DNA of 63,198 bases, filler included, from an uncultured Methanosarcinales archaeon (GTDB taxonomy: Archaea > Nanobdellota > Nanobdellia > Woesearchaeales > JACPBV01): the NCBI GenBank assembly GCA_964492935.1. It is 3 parts of 3 records of this genome, joined end to end, with 100 filler letters (N's around TTAATTAATTAA, not from the genome) between each part and the next. Parts side by side here need not be neighbours in the genome. Positions count along the whole stretch, not along the records: positions 25,437 to 49,695 come from CAZBLF010000017.1; positions 49,796 to 63,198 come from CAZBLF010000030.1; 1 more part is not named here. The stretch is one strand, 5' to 3'. The notes beneath the pieces are model-generated. The model worked only from the letters and a program-made list of their open reading frames with translations, was not told the DNA's origin and made no database searches. Shown here piece after piece: positions 47,476 to 56,608 of this stretch (position 1 is its first letter; every line of letters starts with the position of its first letter). A program made the position numbers and the translations under genes.

Positions 47476-47946
47476 CTACTTCTTACAACACCTACAACTT
47501 TCTTCCCAACACTCAGAAATCAACAAATTACTTTCATCCGTAGTCCAACTCTCAACCTTACCCCTACACGCACTATACACACACTGATGCAACGTTAAAT
47601 CATCATTCACCAAACAATGATCAGCAATCGGCCAAAACGGCGTCAGGGGAGGCTCACCATCCCCCACTGAACACGTAGAAACATCCCACTCCTTAGCAAA
47701 AAAACGATGACGCAATGAACTTTGCTCATCAAAAGCATTTCCAAAAGAATCTTTTTCATCATCCCACTCCCACGCAAACGTTAACGATAACAATTCTGCC
47801 TCAACTGCTTTCCCAACTGTTGCAATATTCCCAGAAACCACATACAACAACACAATCAATGCCCCAATCACCGCAAGAGCAGCAAACGTTCTATCGATGT
47901 GATGAGGTAAATGCTTATGCACTAAATGTTTTTTCTTCTTTGCCAC
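47476..47946 (-). CDS. Membrane-anchored Cys-containing hypothetical protein
   Basis: Basic/His N-terminus, one TM, TVGKA, Cys-rich ectodomain. Confidence 0.6.
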   Translation of the reverse strand: MAKKKKHLVHKHLPHHIDRTFAALAVIGALIVLLYVVSGNIATVGKAVEAELLSLTFAWEWDDEKDSFGNAFDEQSSLRHRFFAKEWDVSTCSVGDGEPPLTPFWPIADHCLVNDDLTLHQCVYSACRGKVESWTTDESNLLISECWEESCRCCKK

Positions 47947-48026
47947 ACACTAACCATAACAAGTAACGTATATTAATGTTTCTTTTTTAAGTAAGTATTA
48001 TAAACAAAAAAACCAATAACCTCTCT

Positions 48027-49695
48027 ATGTTGAAAAAAGGGACATTAGTTCTAGTTATGGTACTATGTATATTTCAATTAGTCTTCCTAACCCCCAATAC
48101 CTTAGCTTCATTAGTGGATCTTCAAGACTTTACTCAAACAGGTCAAGGACAATTTGTTGTTACAGAAAACACAGCATCCATAACCTCATCAGGAAACAAG
48201 GCCTGGAGCGGCCCCTCACTGACAAAAATCCTAGAGACCAAATATACTGATTTTACCATAAGTCTCTCAATTACCATGGATGCCGAGGATGCTGGAGGAG
48301 AAACAGGAAAGAATAAACGAGGAGGGATTACAGTATATGACACTCAATCTAATGCTATCAGCATAGGCATAGGTGAAGATGGATCTAATCGTTGGAAGAA
48401 CCAGGTATGTTACTCGGGCGGATGTACAGGCAACGTAGGGAGCCGCGAAGACGGAGAAACCATCCATTTCACCATCAACAAAATAGGAAATAGGTTGAGA
48501 GTACTGGTCGACGAGAATACCTATTGGGATAGAGCTTCTCCTCTTACAGATCTAAACAAGGTTGTTCTGAAGCAGGCTGGAGACGATGAGCCTCCTGAAT
48601 TCACAGTGACCTTTGAGGATTTGATAATTGCCGAAGACTGCATCGACAAAGACGGAGATGGTTTCTGCGGAACAAGTAATGGAATAATTGTAGATTGTGA
48701 GGACAACCTTGAAAATAATTACTGCCAGGAAAGAGTATGCTGCCAGCACACCCAAAATGATGATGAATTTATGTGGGGAATAAAAACAAAAATTTGGGGA
48801 ATAATGCAAACAAAATACACCTGCAATCGGGACCCGAATTGGAAACCCGCAGATAAGATCGACAAGTGCCAGAATAGAGCAAGACAAACAGATATGAAAG
48901 ACTCCTTAGAAGAGATCTGCTCAAATGAATTATTCAAAGGATGTTCTTATTGTATCAACCCAGGCATATCTGAAGACGGATGCGGCGTAGATAGAAACTG
49001 CGATGGAACCATATCAACAAACACCGACGAGAAAAACTGTGTTATATATGGGACAGGCACCGGAAAAGGGCATGGGTACACCTCTGGAGACTGGGAGTGT
49101 ACATTTAAGCCAGCCAGGGAAGAAGAACATGCAGATTGCAGCGCATACCAAGATGCTACACTGACAAGTTTAAACCCAAAACTATTTACTTGCTTCCCTG
49201 AATCTGAACAGATAGTACTTGATGAAAATCAGCAAAGCAGATTTGCTGGATTAGACATTGAGAAATTTTCAAATCCCCAAATAGGAGCATTAAAAAATCC
49301 CTGTTCGGATCTAGCACTCCTTGATCATCAAAAACCACCGAACAATAAATTTTGGAAAACAACATTAGTGGAACCAGATCTTTGCCTTAATGGGCTGGAT
49401 GACGATGGAAAAGAAAACTTGTTCAATATCCTCGAAAAATGGGGGATTGAAAATAAGAAGATCGTTCTCAAAGAATCCGGCACTGAATTAGGTGGAAACG
49501 AGGTCCTCGTCCACTTAAGTGATGTGGATGATCCTGACTGCTATGATGCGGTGAATCTAAAAAAGAAAGATGCTGAAGGAAATCCTATGCCGTATTGTCT
49601 GGATCTTGATGAGGATTTATTCTGTGATACCGAAGAGGACTATGTCAAAGCAGATAAAACGTTTCAGACAAATATAGACGAACAGGAAGTAAAAA
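48027..49695 (+). CDS. Large secreted Cys/Asp-rich surface protein, 3'-truncated
   Basis: Signal peptide, beta-sandwich-like N-domain, repeated C-x-D-x-D-x-D-x-F/Y motifs (CIDKDGDGFC, CINPG..E..CGVDRNCDG, CLNGLDDDG, CLDLDEDLFC) that are putative metal-binding repeats. Confidence 0.75.
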
Positions 49696-49795
49696 NNNNN
49701 NNNNNNNNNNNNNNNNNNNNNNNNNNNNNNNNNNNNNNNTTAATTAATTAANNNNNNNNNNNNNNNNNNNNNNNNNNNNNNNNNNNNNNNNNNNN
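49696..49795. other. Artificial contig linker (N44-TTAATTAATTAA-N44)
   Basis: Same spacer as at 25337. Confidence 0.98.
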
Positions 49796-50568
49796 CCGGT
49801 GGCGTCTCGATGATACTTTCCGAATTCAGCTACTTTCTTTATCTGGTCTTGATCTAGTACTGGTCCTTCAATGCACATTCGCCATCCTGTTGGATCTACG
49901 CAGCAACTGCCACATATTCCTATTCCGCACTTCATGTATCTTTCTAGGGATATTTCGCATTGTTTATTGTGTTCAATTGCGAGGTCAAATACTGCACGTT
50001 CCATCATTTCGGGTCCTACACAGTAGATCATGTCGACTTCTTCTATGATTTCTTTTAGGGCATCGGTGACACGGCCTTCCTTTCCTTGGCTTCCGTCATC
50101 TGTGGTGATGTGGATGTTGACGCCAATGGTTTTCATACGTTGTTCGAATAATAATAGTTCTTTGGTTCTGGCTCCGATGATGTAGTGGATGTTTGCTGGC
50201 TTGTACTTTTCCCAGACTGCTTTTTCTGCTAGGAATGCCATGGGGCCTGCGCCGTAGCCTCCAGCGACTAATGCTATTTTTTCTCCCTTCAGATTGAAGT
50301 GTGTTCCAAGAGGGCCGCGAATTCCTATGGTGTCTTGCTCTTTTATGTCCTGCATGGCTTTTGAGAAAGGGCCTACACCCGAGATGGTGATTTGGAATTC
50401 CTCTCCTGAATCAGCTGCAATCGACATGGGTTTCTCTCCTAGTCCGGGAAGCCAGATCATGACGAACTGTCCGGGTTGCGAATTGAGTTTGTGGTTGAAG
50501 AAAAAGGACTTTGTTCCAGGATATTCCTCTTTTATTTTAGCTACTTTGAGCATGATTACTTCGGTCAT
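49796..50568 (-). CDS. pyrK: Dihydroorotate dehydrogenase electron transfer subunit, 3'-truncated
   Basis: PGQFVM, RGPLG, AGGYG, TDDGS.G..G, ERYMKCGIGICGSC...C.EGPV. Confidence 0.93.
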
Positions 50569-51503
50569 TGTTTGTTCTCCTTCTTATGCGCTAGACCGAT
50601 GAGTTCGCTTATTGTGGAGTAGTTGTTTTCTTGCATGAACTCTTCGATTTCCTTGTTGATCTTGTCGAATACTTCTATGCCTCTTGTGTAGACTGCTGTT
50701 CCGATGCCTACTGCAACGGCTCCGGCCATCAGTTGCTCGATGGCGTCATTTCCGGTGGTTACACCGCCCGTACCTAGGATGGGGATGTTTACTGCTTTGT
50801 AACATTCGTAGATTGCTTTGACTGCGACTGGTTTGATGGCTGCTCCGGATAAACCACCTACTTTGTTGCTGATTAATGGCTGGGTAGTTTTCGTTTCGAT
50901 GACCATTCCGCCAATGGTATTGATGCAGGTGATGGCGTCTGCGCCTGCTTTTTCTACGGCTTTTGCTATTACAGTGATATTTGCTACATTCGGTGAGAGT
51001 TTGACGATGATTGGGATGTTGGTATTTGCTTTTACTTCCTTCGTTACTTGCGCCGCTAGCTCGGGATCGCAGGCGAAGGGTTTGCCGTGTTCGTCGTCTA
51101 CATTGGGGCAGGACATGTTGACTTCGATGAGGTCGGGATTGCCTTTAGATATTGTTTTCGCACAGATTCCGAAGTCTTTTACGGTGAAGGCTACGATGTT
51201 GGCGATGATCGGTTCTTTTGTTCTCGCTTTCGCTTGCTTTATTTCTTCTGCCCCTAGTTCCATTCCGGGATTGCTCAATCCTACAGCGTTGATCATGCTG
51301 TCTTTTCCTATTGCATGGAGAATGGGCTCTTTGTGGCCGGGTCTGGGTTCTGGAGAGATGGATTTTATGATGACTGCGCCTGCTCCATTCTTTAGTGCGT
51401 ATACGAGAGCTGATGCTGTTGTGTCAACGATTCCGGATGCGAGAACTAAGGGATTTCTTAATTTGACGCCGACTAAACTTGTAGACAGATTTACGTTTTC
51501 CAT
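50565..51503 (-). CDS. pyrD: Dihydroorotate dehydrogenase 1B catalytic subunit
   Basis: NPLVLASG, NAVGLSNPG, EVNMSCPN, VKLSPN, INT, GGLSG.AIKP, GTGGV. Confidence 0.95.
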   Translation of the reverse strand: MENVNLSTSLVGVKLRNPLVLASGIVDTTASALVYALKNGAGAVIIKSISPEPRPGHKEPILHAIGKDSMINAVGLSNPGMELGAEEIKQAKARTKEPIIANIVAFTVKDFGICAKTISKGNPDLIEVNMSCPNVDDEHGKPFACDPELAAQVTKEVKANTNIPIIVKLSPNVANITVIAKAVEKAGADAITCINTIGGMVIETKTTQPLISNKVGGLSGAAIKPVAVKAIYECYKAVNIPILGTGGVTTGNDAIEQLMAGAVAVGIGTAVYTRGIEVFDKINKEIEEFMQENNYSTISELIGLAHKKENKQ

Positions 51504-51573
51504 GTGTCTTCAAGAATAGTATGTATCAATGAATTGTATATAAATGTTTGTAGTTTTTATTTTGTTGAGTGGC

Positions 51574-52050
51574 TTAACTCATCCCCATGAAATCAAATAC
51601 CATTTGCAACTCTGTTTCCGGTACGCCCATCTCTTTGAAGATTGCTTTGCATTGGCTATAGACTTTTTCTTTTTGATCTTTCGTGAAAGTAAACTTCTTG
51701 TTGATGCTTCTGAGCATAGTTTTTGTTTTTTTTGCAATCTTATTATCGGGACCAAATAATTTTGCTAGATGTTGCGGTTTATCGACATACGTTCTTAGGG
51801 AGAAATTGGTCAATTTCGTTGGGCCCTTGAATTCATCTTTGTCGTAATCATGTTTTAGTATTTCCAATATCTTTTTACAACCGGATATCATATGACCTTT
51901 ACTCATATCTTGATGCGAGTTGTTGTGTGTCCAATAGAGAATTCCCTTTACCGTATCCTTAATCTCGTTTTCCTCTCTAATGACTTCCATCAGATGGGTT
52001 TCTTTTTCACTTTCCAGCAATTGTTTCTTGTAGCTAGGTAGCATTTGCAA
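51574..52050 (-). CDS. Hypothetical protein
   Basis: 158-aa ORF overlapping the stop of the upstream gene. Confidence 0.6.
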   Translation of the reverse strand: MQMLPSYKKQLLESEKETHLMEVIREENEIKDTVKGILYWTHNNSHQDMSKGHMISGCKKILEILKHDYDKDEFKGPTKLTNFSLRTYVDKPQHLAKLFGPDNKIAKKTKTMLRSINKKFTFTKDQKEKVYSQCKAIFKEMGVPETELQMVFDFMGMS

Positions 52051-53047
52051 CTCTCAGTGATAATTTAGGGCCCCAATCAGTTATGAATGCGTAGAGAGGT
52101 CCACTTACTAGTGCGAATCCACCCGAGGTTATGAATCCTAATGCAGAAAATCCTTTTGCAATACCAAATATGGCGCCTATCCCGCCAAGTGTACTTGCTA
52201 CGGCGAAAAGCGCACCAACCGTTGATAAGAGCAAGAACGAGACTCCGATACCATATAGTACTTTTGGATGTCTCATATTTAATTCTCGATAGTTTGTAGC
52301 TATAGTATTAACCACGGTTGCGTCACCTAGACCTTTCTTCAACACTTTAAGCTCTCTGTCTACATCACGGGACAATCCCTTGTACTTGTTTTGTATTTTT
52401 TTGAGCTCTGCTTTTAAGTCCGTCTCAATAGATTGAATGCCCTCATACATATTGAAGAATCCCCTTATTCTTTTTTCGGGGAGCTCCTTTTTTGGTAGGT
52501 ATTGTTGCAGGATACTTCGAGATAGGATGTCTTGCATACCATTTGCCCTATTTCTGATCCCAATAATCCATTTAGAGATTCTTCCCCTCATTTCTCCTAT
52601 TACCGTTCTCTCTTCCGAAATACCTTTTTTGTCTCCAGCAGATAGGGGAGTTTCTTTTTCTTCCAATTGTTCAAATGCTTCTAGGTTACTCAGCTGATGG
52701 TCTACAAGATCGATAAAAATCTTGATTGCGAAACCAAAGCGTTGTCCATGCGCTGAAAGTTTTTCGAGTGTTTCAAAAACTTCAGGGTAGCTTTCCTCTG
52801 GTTTGAAAATGAGATCTGCTGAAATTGCATTTTTTAGATTAGTCATTTCTTCAAGCATTTCCTTTTCTGCATGCCTTTTGGACTTGCCGATTTTCTTTGC
52901 TTGGGCCAGGTAGGTTTCCATAATTCGAGATTCCTCCTCAACTTCTTGAGCCTCCTTTTTGAGAAGACCTCTAAGGGCTCCATCAATTTCACCAGAAATT
53001 CTACTTAAGTCCTCTAGATTAAAGACGTTTTTCTTTCTTTCGAACAT
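52034..53047 (-). CDS. Helical/coiled-coil protein with a C-terminal Gly-rich hydrophobic hairpin
   Basis: E/K-rich helices, then VLYGIGVSFLLLSTVGALFAVASTLGGIGAIFGIAKGFSALGFITSGGFALVSG. Confidence 0.7.
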   Translation of the reverse strand: MFERKKNVFNLEDLSRISGEIDGALRGLLKKEAQEVEEESRIMETYLAQAKKIGKSKRHAEKEMLEEMTNLKNAISADLIFKPEESYPEVFETLEKLSAHGQRFGFAIKIFIDLVDHQLSNLEAFEQLEEKETPLSAGDKKGISEERTVIGEMRGRISKWIIGIRNRANGMQDILSRSILQQYLPKKELPEKRIRGFFNMYEGIQSIETDLKAELKKIQNKYKGLSRDVDRELKVLKKGLGDATVVNTIATNYRELNMRHPKVLYGIGVSFLLLSTVGALFAVASTLGGIGAIFGIAKGFSALGFITSGGFALVSGPLYAFITDWGPKLSLRVANAT

Positions 53048-53090
53048 GAATGTTCTTCATTTCTTAGGTATATAAACTTTTTTATATCTT

Positions 53091-53224
53091 GTATGTGCAT
53101 AGCATCACCAGGTCGAAATTCATTGATACCTCAGAATTAAGTGCGTTGCGCGGGGTTGCCCCATCCGGGGACGCAGCACCTTCAGAAGTCAAGAGCAAGA
53201 ATTTCGAAGGTGCTATGCACATAC
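53091..53224. mobile_element. MITE-like non-autonomous element, 134 bp
   Basis: Perfect 14-bp TIRs GTATGTGCATAGCA (53091-53104) and TGCTATGCACATAC (53211-53224), flanked directly by an 8-bp direct repeat TATATCTT (53083-53090 and 53225-53232). Confidence 0.8.
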
Positions 53225-53297
53225 TATATCTTGTTTGCTTGGTTTTCCTTTTTTAGAATAGGATAAGTTTTATATACCGATATTCTTTAGGAGATGT

Positions 53298-53749
53298 ATG
53301 TCTCAGACATTTTTTGCGCAAGTTATCTCTGTAGTAGTTGTTTGCATTCTGTTTGCATCTTTATTGCTAGCGAAGAAAAAGCACTATGTTATTTCAGGAT
53401 TGTTTCTGATTTCATTGGGTTTATTGCCGCTGCTTCAAGATTTGGAAGTTATTTCTTTTGACATTACTGCGTACCCCGTGTATGGTTATGCTGCTGTTTT
53501 TCTGATTATTTTTGCAGGCAAGGATCTCTTTAAGGAGGCGTTTAAAGAAAAAGATAGTAAGCTGAAATGGCCTTCATTTGCCATAGGTACACTCCTAATT
53601 TCTTCGGTGACTATACCTCAACTCCATAGGGCAGAGATTATAGATTTTTTGCTTGCCTATCCCCCTTTGTAGATTATGTTTTGTATATTATTGCAGGAGT
53701 TTTTCTTATTGTGGGAGCATTTACGCTTCTGGCAACTAATGAACTTTAG
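53298..53749 (+). pseudogene. Multi-TM membrane protein with a frameshift at ~53665
   Basis: The frame ends YPPL* at 53672. The -1 frame continues FVDYVLYIIAGVFLIVGAFTLLATNEL* (a further TM) to 53749, and one extra C in the C5 run joins the two. Confidence 0.6.
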
Positions 53750-53804
53750 GCGGGTTGGGGTGCTGGAACTTGATCATTTATTGATTCTTCTTTTTTCATT
53801 GTAT

Positions 53805-54407
53805 TTATAGGAGTGTTTCCACTACATCATTGATGAATTGTTCTTCTGGGTTAGGATTAGTTTTTAGAATACTGGAGGTGCCCGTTAATTGTTCAGGTAT
53901 TCTATTTTTGCTTTTATAGGATGTTTCCATTTTCCCACTAGAATTATCCCATCTCTCCCAAAAAAAGCGTTCGAAAACTTCTGATTGGCTATTACCCTTG
54001 TCTTGATCGAACTTGAGGAATTTCCGATATTCGTCAGGTAGTCTTTCGTCAACTTGAACCCCCCAAGCATCAATGCTTGGATCTGAAAGGCTGTAAGCAC
54101 GTAGAAAGAGACCGTCTCCATTCAAGTTTTTTTGGCTGTTAAAGTAATAGACTATGGTGGTGGCCTTTTCACTGTATCTTCCCCCAAAGCCGTGGATTTC
54201 TCCATCAAGATTTACTGAGACGTAATTTCTCATTGTGTATTCAAAGAGAAATCGCAATTTATGTTCGTATGATGCTAGCATTAGGAGTTCTTTTATTTGT
54301 TCGTACTTTTTTTTCTGCTGAAAACCCAATACTACGCCGGCCGCTCCAATAGCTAGGCCGGCCTTTATAACGAACTCTCTTCTTGATTGGTCTTTATTGG
54401 GTTTCAT
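53805..54407 (-). CDS. Hypothetical protein with a twin-arginine-like N-terminus
   Basis: SRREFVIKAGLAIGAAGVVLG. Confidence 0.65.
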   Translation of the reverse strand: MKPNKDQSRREFVIKAGLAIGAAGVVLGFQQKKKYEQIKELLMLASYEHKLRFLFEYTMRNYVSVNLDGEIHGFGGRYSEKATTIVYYFNSQKNLNGDGLFLRAYSLSDPSIDAWGVQVDERLPDEYRKFLKFDQDKGNSQSEVFERFFWERWDNSSGKMETSYKSKNRIPEQLTGTSSILKTNPNPEEQFINDVVETLL

Positions 54408-54422
54408 TTTATATCAAACAAA

Positions 54423-55070
54423 TTATCTTTTCCCAGGTTTTTTTCGGTTGTAAGGGTTTCTTTTTGCTTTGGCTTTGAACCGCGCATAATCAGAATCCCA
54501 TCCTTTTCTCACTCCAGGCGAAACATCTCCTCGATATTTTACATGTTCAGGTTTTTGGTTAAAGGCATCTAAGACGTTATCTGAGAAAATACTTCCACCC
54601 TCACCTGTAACATACATATCTACCTTTCCATCAGCCTTATAATCAAAGAAAGCCCGTACTTCAGAATTAAATAATCCATGTTTCAGGGGAACACTTCTTT
54701 GTTGGGCACCTAATTCGTGTCCGCCGAAATTATAAATTTCCCCTCTGAATGTAACCTTTACTGGGCCTCCAGACCAACTTGTTTGGCTATATCCTACGTT
54801 TTCACCTTTTTCATTTTCGATAGGAGTACTTTTTGTATGGGCCGGGATGTGTCTAAATTCAAACCATAACCCGTCAGCCACTTTACTAATATCTCCTTCC
54901 TCTAGGTTGTTCAATTGATCCATTACTACTTGATCTATTTTTTCTTCGTTTTCTTTCCTAAAGATTTCTTCTGGTTTCTGGTTTTTGAATTCACATCCTG
55001 TTGTCGCGATTATTGCGGTCGCTGCAAGTGCTCTTGCAATTCCTTGGTATTTGTTGTTTTCGTATTTCAT
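54423..55070 (-). CDS. Putative lipoprotein
   Basis: ARALAATAIIATTG-C lipobox-like; RBS GGAGG. Confidence 0.65.
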   Translation of the reverse strand: MKYENNKYQGIARALAATAIIATTGCEFKNQKPEEIFRKENEEKIDQVVMDQLNNLEEGDISKVADGLWFEFRHIPAHTKSTPIENEKGENVGYSQTSWSGGPVKVTFRGEIYNFGGHELGAQQRSVPLKHGLFNSEVRAFFDYKADGKVDMYVTGEGGSIFSDNVLDAFNQKPEHVKYRGDVSPGVRKGWDSDYARFKAKAKRNPYNRKKPGKR

Positions 55071-55088
55071 GTTGATTCCTCCAATTTT

Positions 55089-56198
55089 TTATAATCCATA
55101 TGGTGTAATTACTACCAGTGACATTTTTCCCGGGGTTCCGCCGTTTTGCCGGATTTTTCTTTTGTACGCATAATTCTGATCCATTTTCGAGTTATGATCA
55201 GCAATATTGTCTTTTCTTGAAAGCATTTTATTAGAAAATAACATTTTTAGTACTCCCCAAGTTGACAGGGGAAGCTTATCTTTTATTCTTTTTTTGTAGG
55301 CATCCCCACAAGTTTCAACTCCACCAAAGACATGGGCTGCTCCGTAAATTACAGGTGCCATGAATTGGCCTTCAGCCATTACTCTTTGGAGAATATAATC
55401 TTCTCTTTCTTCGATGATTCTTTGAAAAAAGAGGTCGTCATTTTTATTATCAGATATTGCATTAATTGCCTTAATGTAATAATTACGCGGTTGCCGATCT
55501 AATGTCTGTTTTAATTGTACTTTTCCTTCTTTTGCAAGCATACCTGTTGCACCAAAATAGTACATGATTGTGTGATCATGCAAGACCTCATACGTTTTTT
55601 TTGAGTTTTGTTTTTTTACATCAAATCTACCAATACCCTCCTGAAACACACCATCCTTGTGATATTTATTAACAATAAATTCCGTTATTTTTTTGATGTT
55701 TTCCTGACATTTGATTGTTTTTTTCCAGCTTTTTTTGGGTTCTGGTAAATTTTGCACTCCGTTTTCAGAATAATCGAATGGATCGGCGTGTCGTTGTCGG
55801 ATGTGGATTAAGCAATAACGAGCCCCTTTTGTCGGATATTTTTCTACAGACTTAGCGCCTGGAATTTTTTCGGGAAATGATTTTGCTAAAAATTCTCCAG
55901 GAGGTAAAGCGTCAGGCATATCAAATAGATCATCTATGTTGACAGAATCCCTTTGCGAATGATATCTGAATTGAGATTGAGGGACATTTGATAATTCGGG
56001 ACTTTCATTTATATGGGGTTTTTGAATTAAACCCTTATCTAGGTTTGTTAATTCGTCTATTGTTATTGAGAGAGCAAGTTTCTCGCGTCTTGATGCAGCT
56101 GCTCCAATGGAAATGGGTTTTCCTTCGAAAATTGCTTCAGGTATTGTATGATCTGGGGATTCTTCAAAATTCACTCTTTTGGGGCAAGTTATCTTCAT
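55089..56198 (-). CDS. Hypothetical protein, possible TIKI/ChaN/EreA-like fold
   Basis: LIHIRQRH, VFQEG, REDYIL, VIYGAAH in the expected order. Confidence 0.55.
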   Translation of the reverse strand: MKITCPKRVNFEESPDHTIPEAIFEGKPISIGAAASRREKLALSITIDELTNLDKGLIQKPHINESPELSNVPQSQFRYHSQRDSVNIDDLFDMPDALPPGEFLAKSFPEKIPGAKSVEKYPTKGARYCLIHIRQRHADPFDYSENGVQNLPEPKKSWKKTIKCQENIKKITEFIVNKYHKDGVFQEGIGRFDVKKQNSKKTYEVLHDHTIMYYFGATGMLAKEGKVQLKQTLDRQPRNYYIKAINAISDNKNDDLFFQRIIEEREDYILQRVMAEGQFMAPVIYGAAHVFGGVETCGDAYKKRIKDKLPLSTWGVLKMLFSNKMLSRKDNIADHNSKMDQNYAYKRKIRQNGGTPGKMSLVVITPYGL

Positions 56199-56463
56199 AC
56201 CATTCTTTTGTTGCTTGATTGGTCACCTGTAGAGAATTTTCTTGCCTAGAACCTTGTATTAATTCGATATCTTCTGCTATCTGTTCTGTTCGAATTTCAG
56301 ATGCATAATTTTGTTGAGTTGGAGAATCAAATTGTTTAGCGATATATACATTTGATGCTACAAAGGCAATTACTGCGCTTGCTGTAATTCCCAAAGATTG
56401 CAAGGGTTTATTTTCGATGTATCGAATCAATCTCTCCCCTACACTTTTTTTTCTTTGTCCCAT
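56164..56463 (-). CDS. Single-TM hypothetical protein
   Basis: Basic N-terminus, one TM segment. Confidence 0.5.
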   Translation of the reverse strand: MGQRKKSVGERLIRYIENKPLQSLGITASAVIAFVASNVYIAKQFDSPTQQNYASEIRTEQIAEDIELIQGSRQENSLQVTNQATKEWYEDNLPQKSEF

Positions 56464-56608
56464 TGTTATCACTATGTAGTAGGTTCATATAATGTCCTTT
56501 TTGTTACCATTCATGAGTAATAATGAGTACTCATTTAAAAAGGTAACTATTACACCACAGTAATCAGGAGAGTTAGGATTTAAGTGTAGGATGTCATTTA
56601 TTAGAGAA

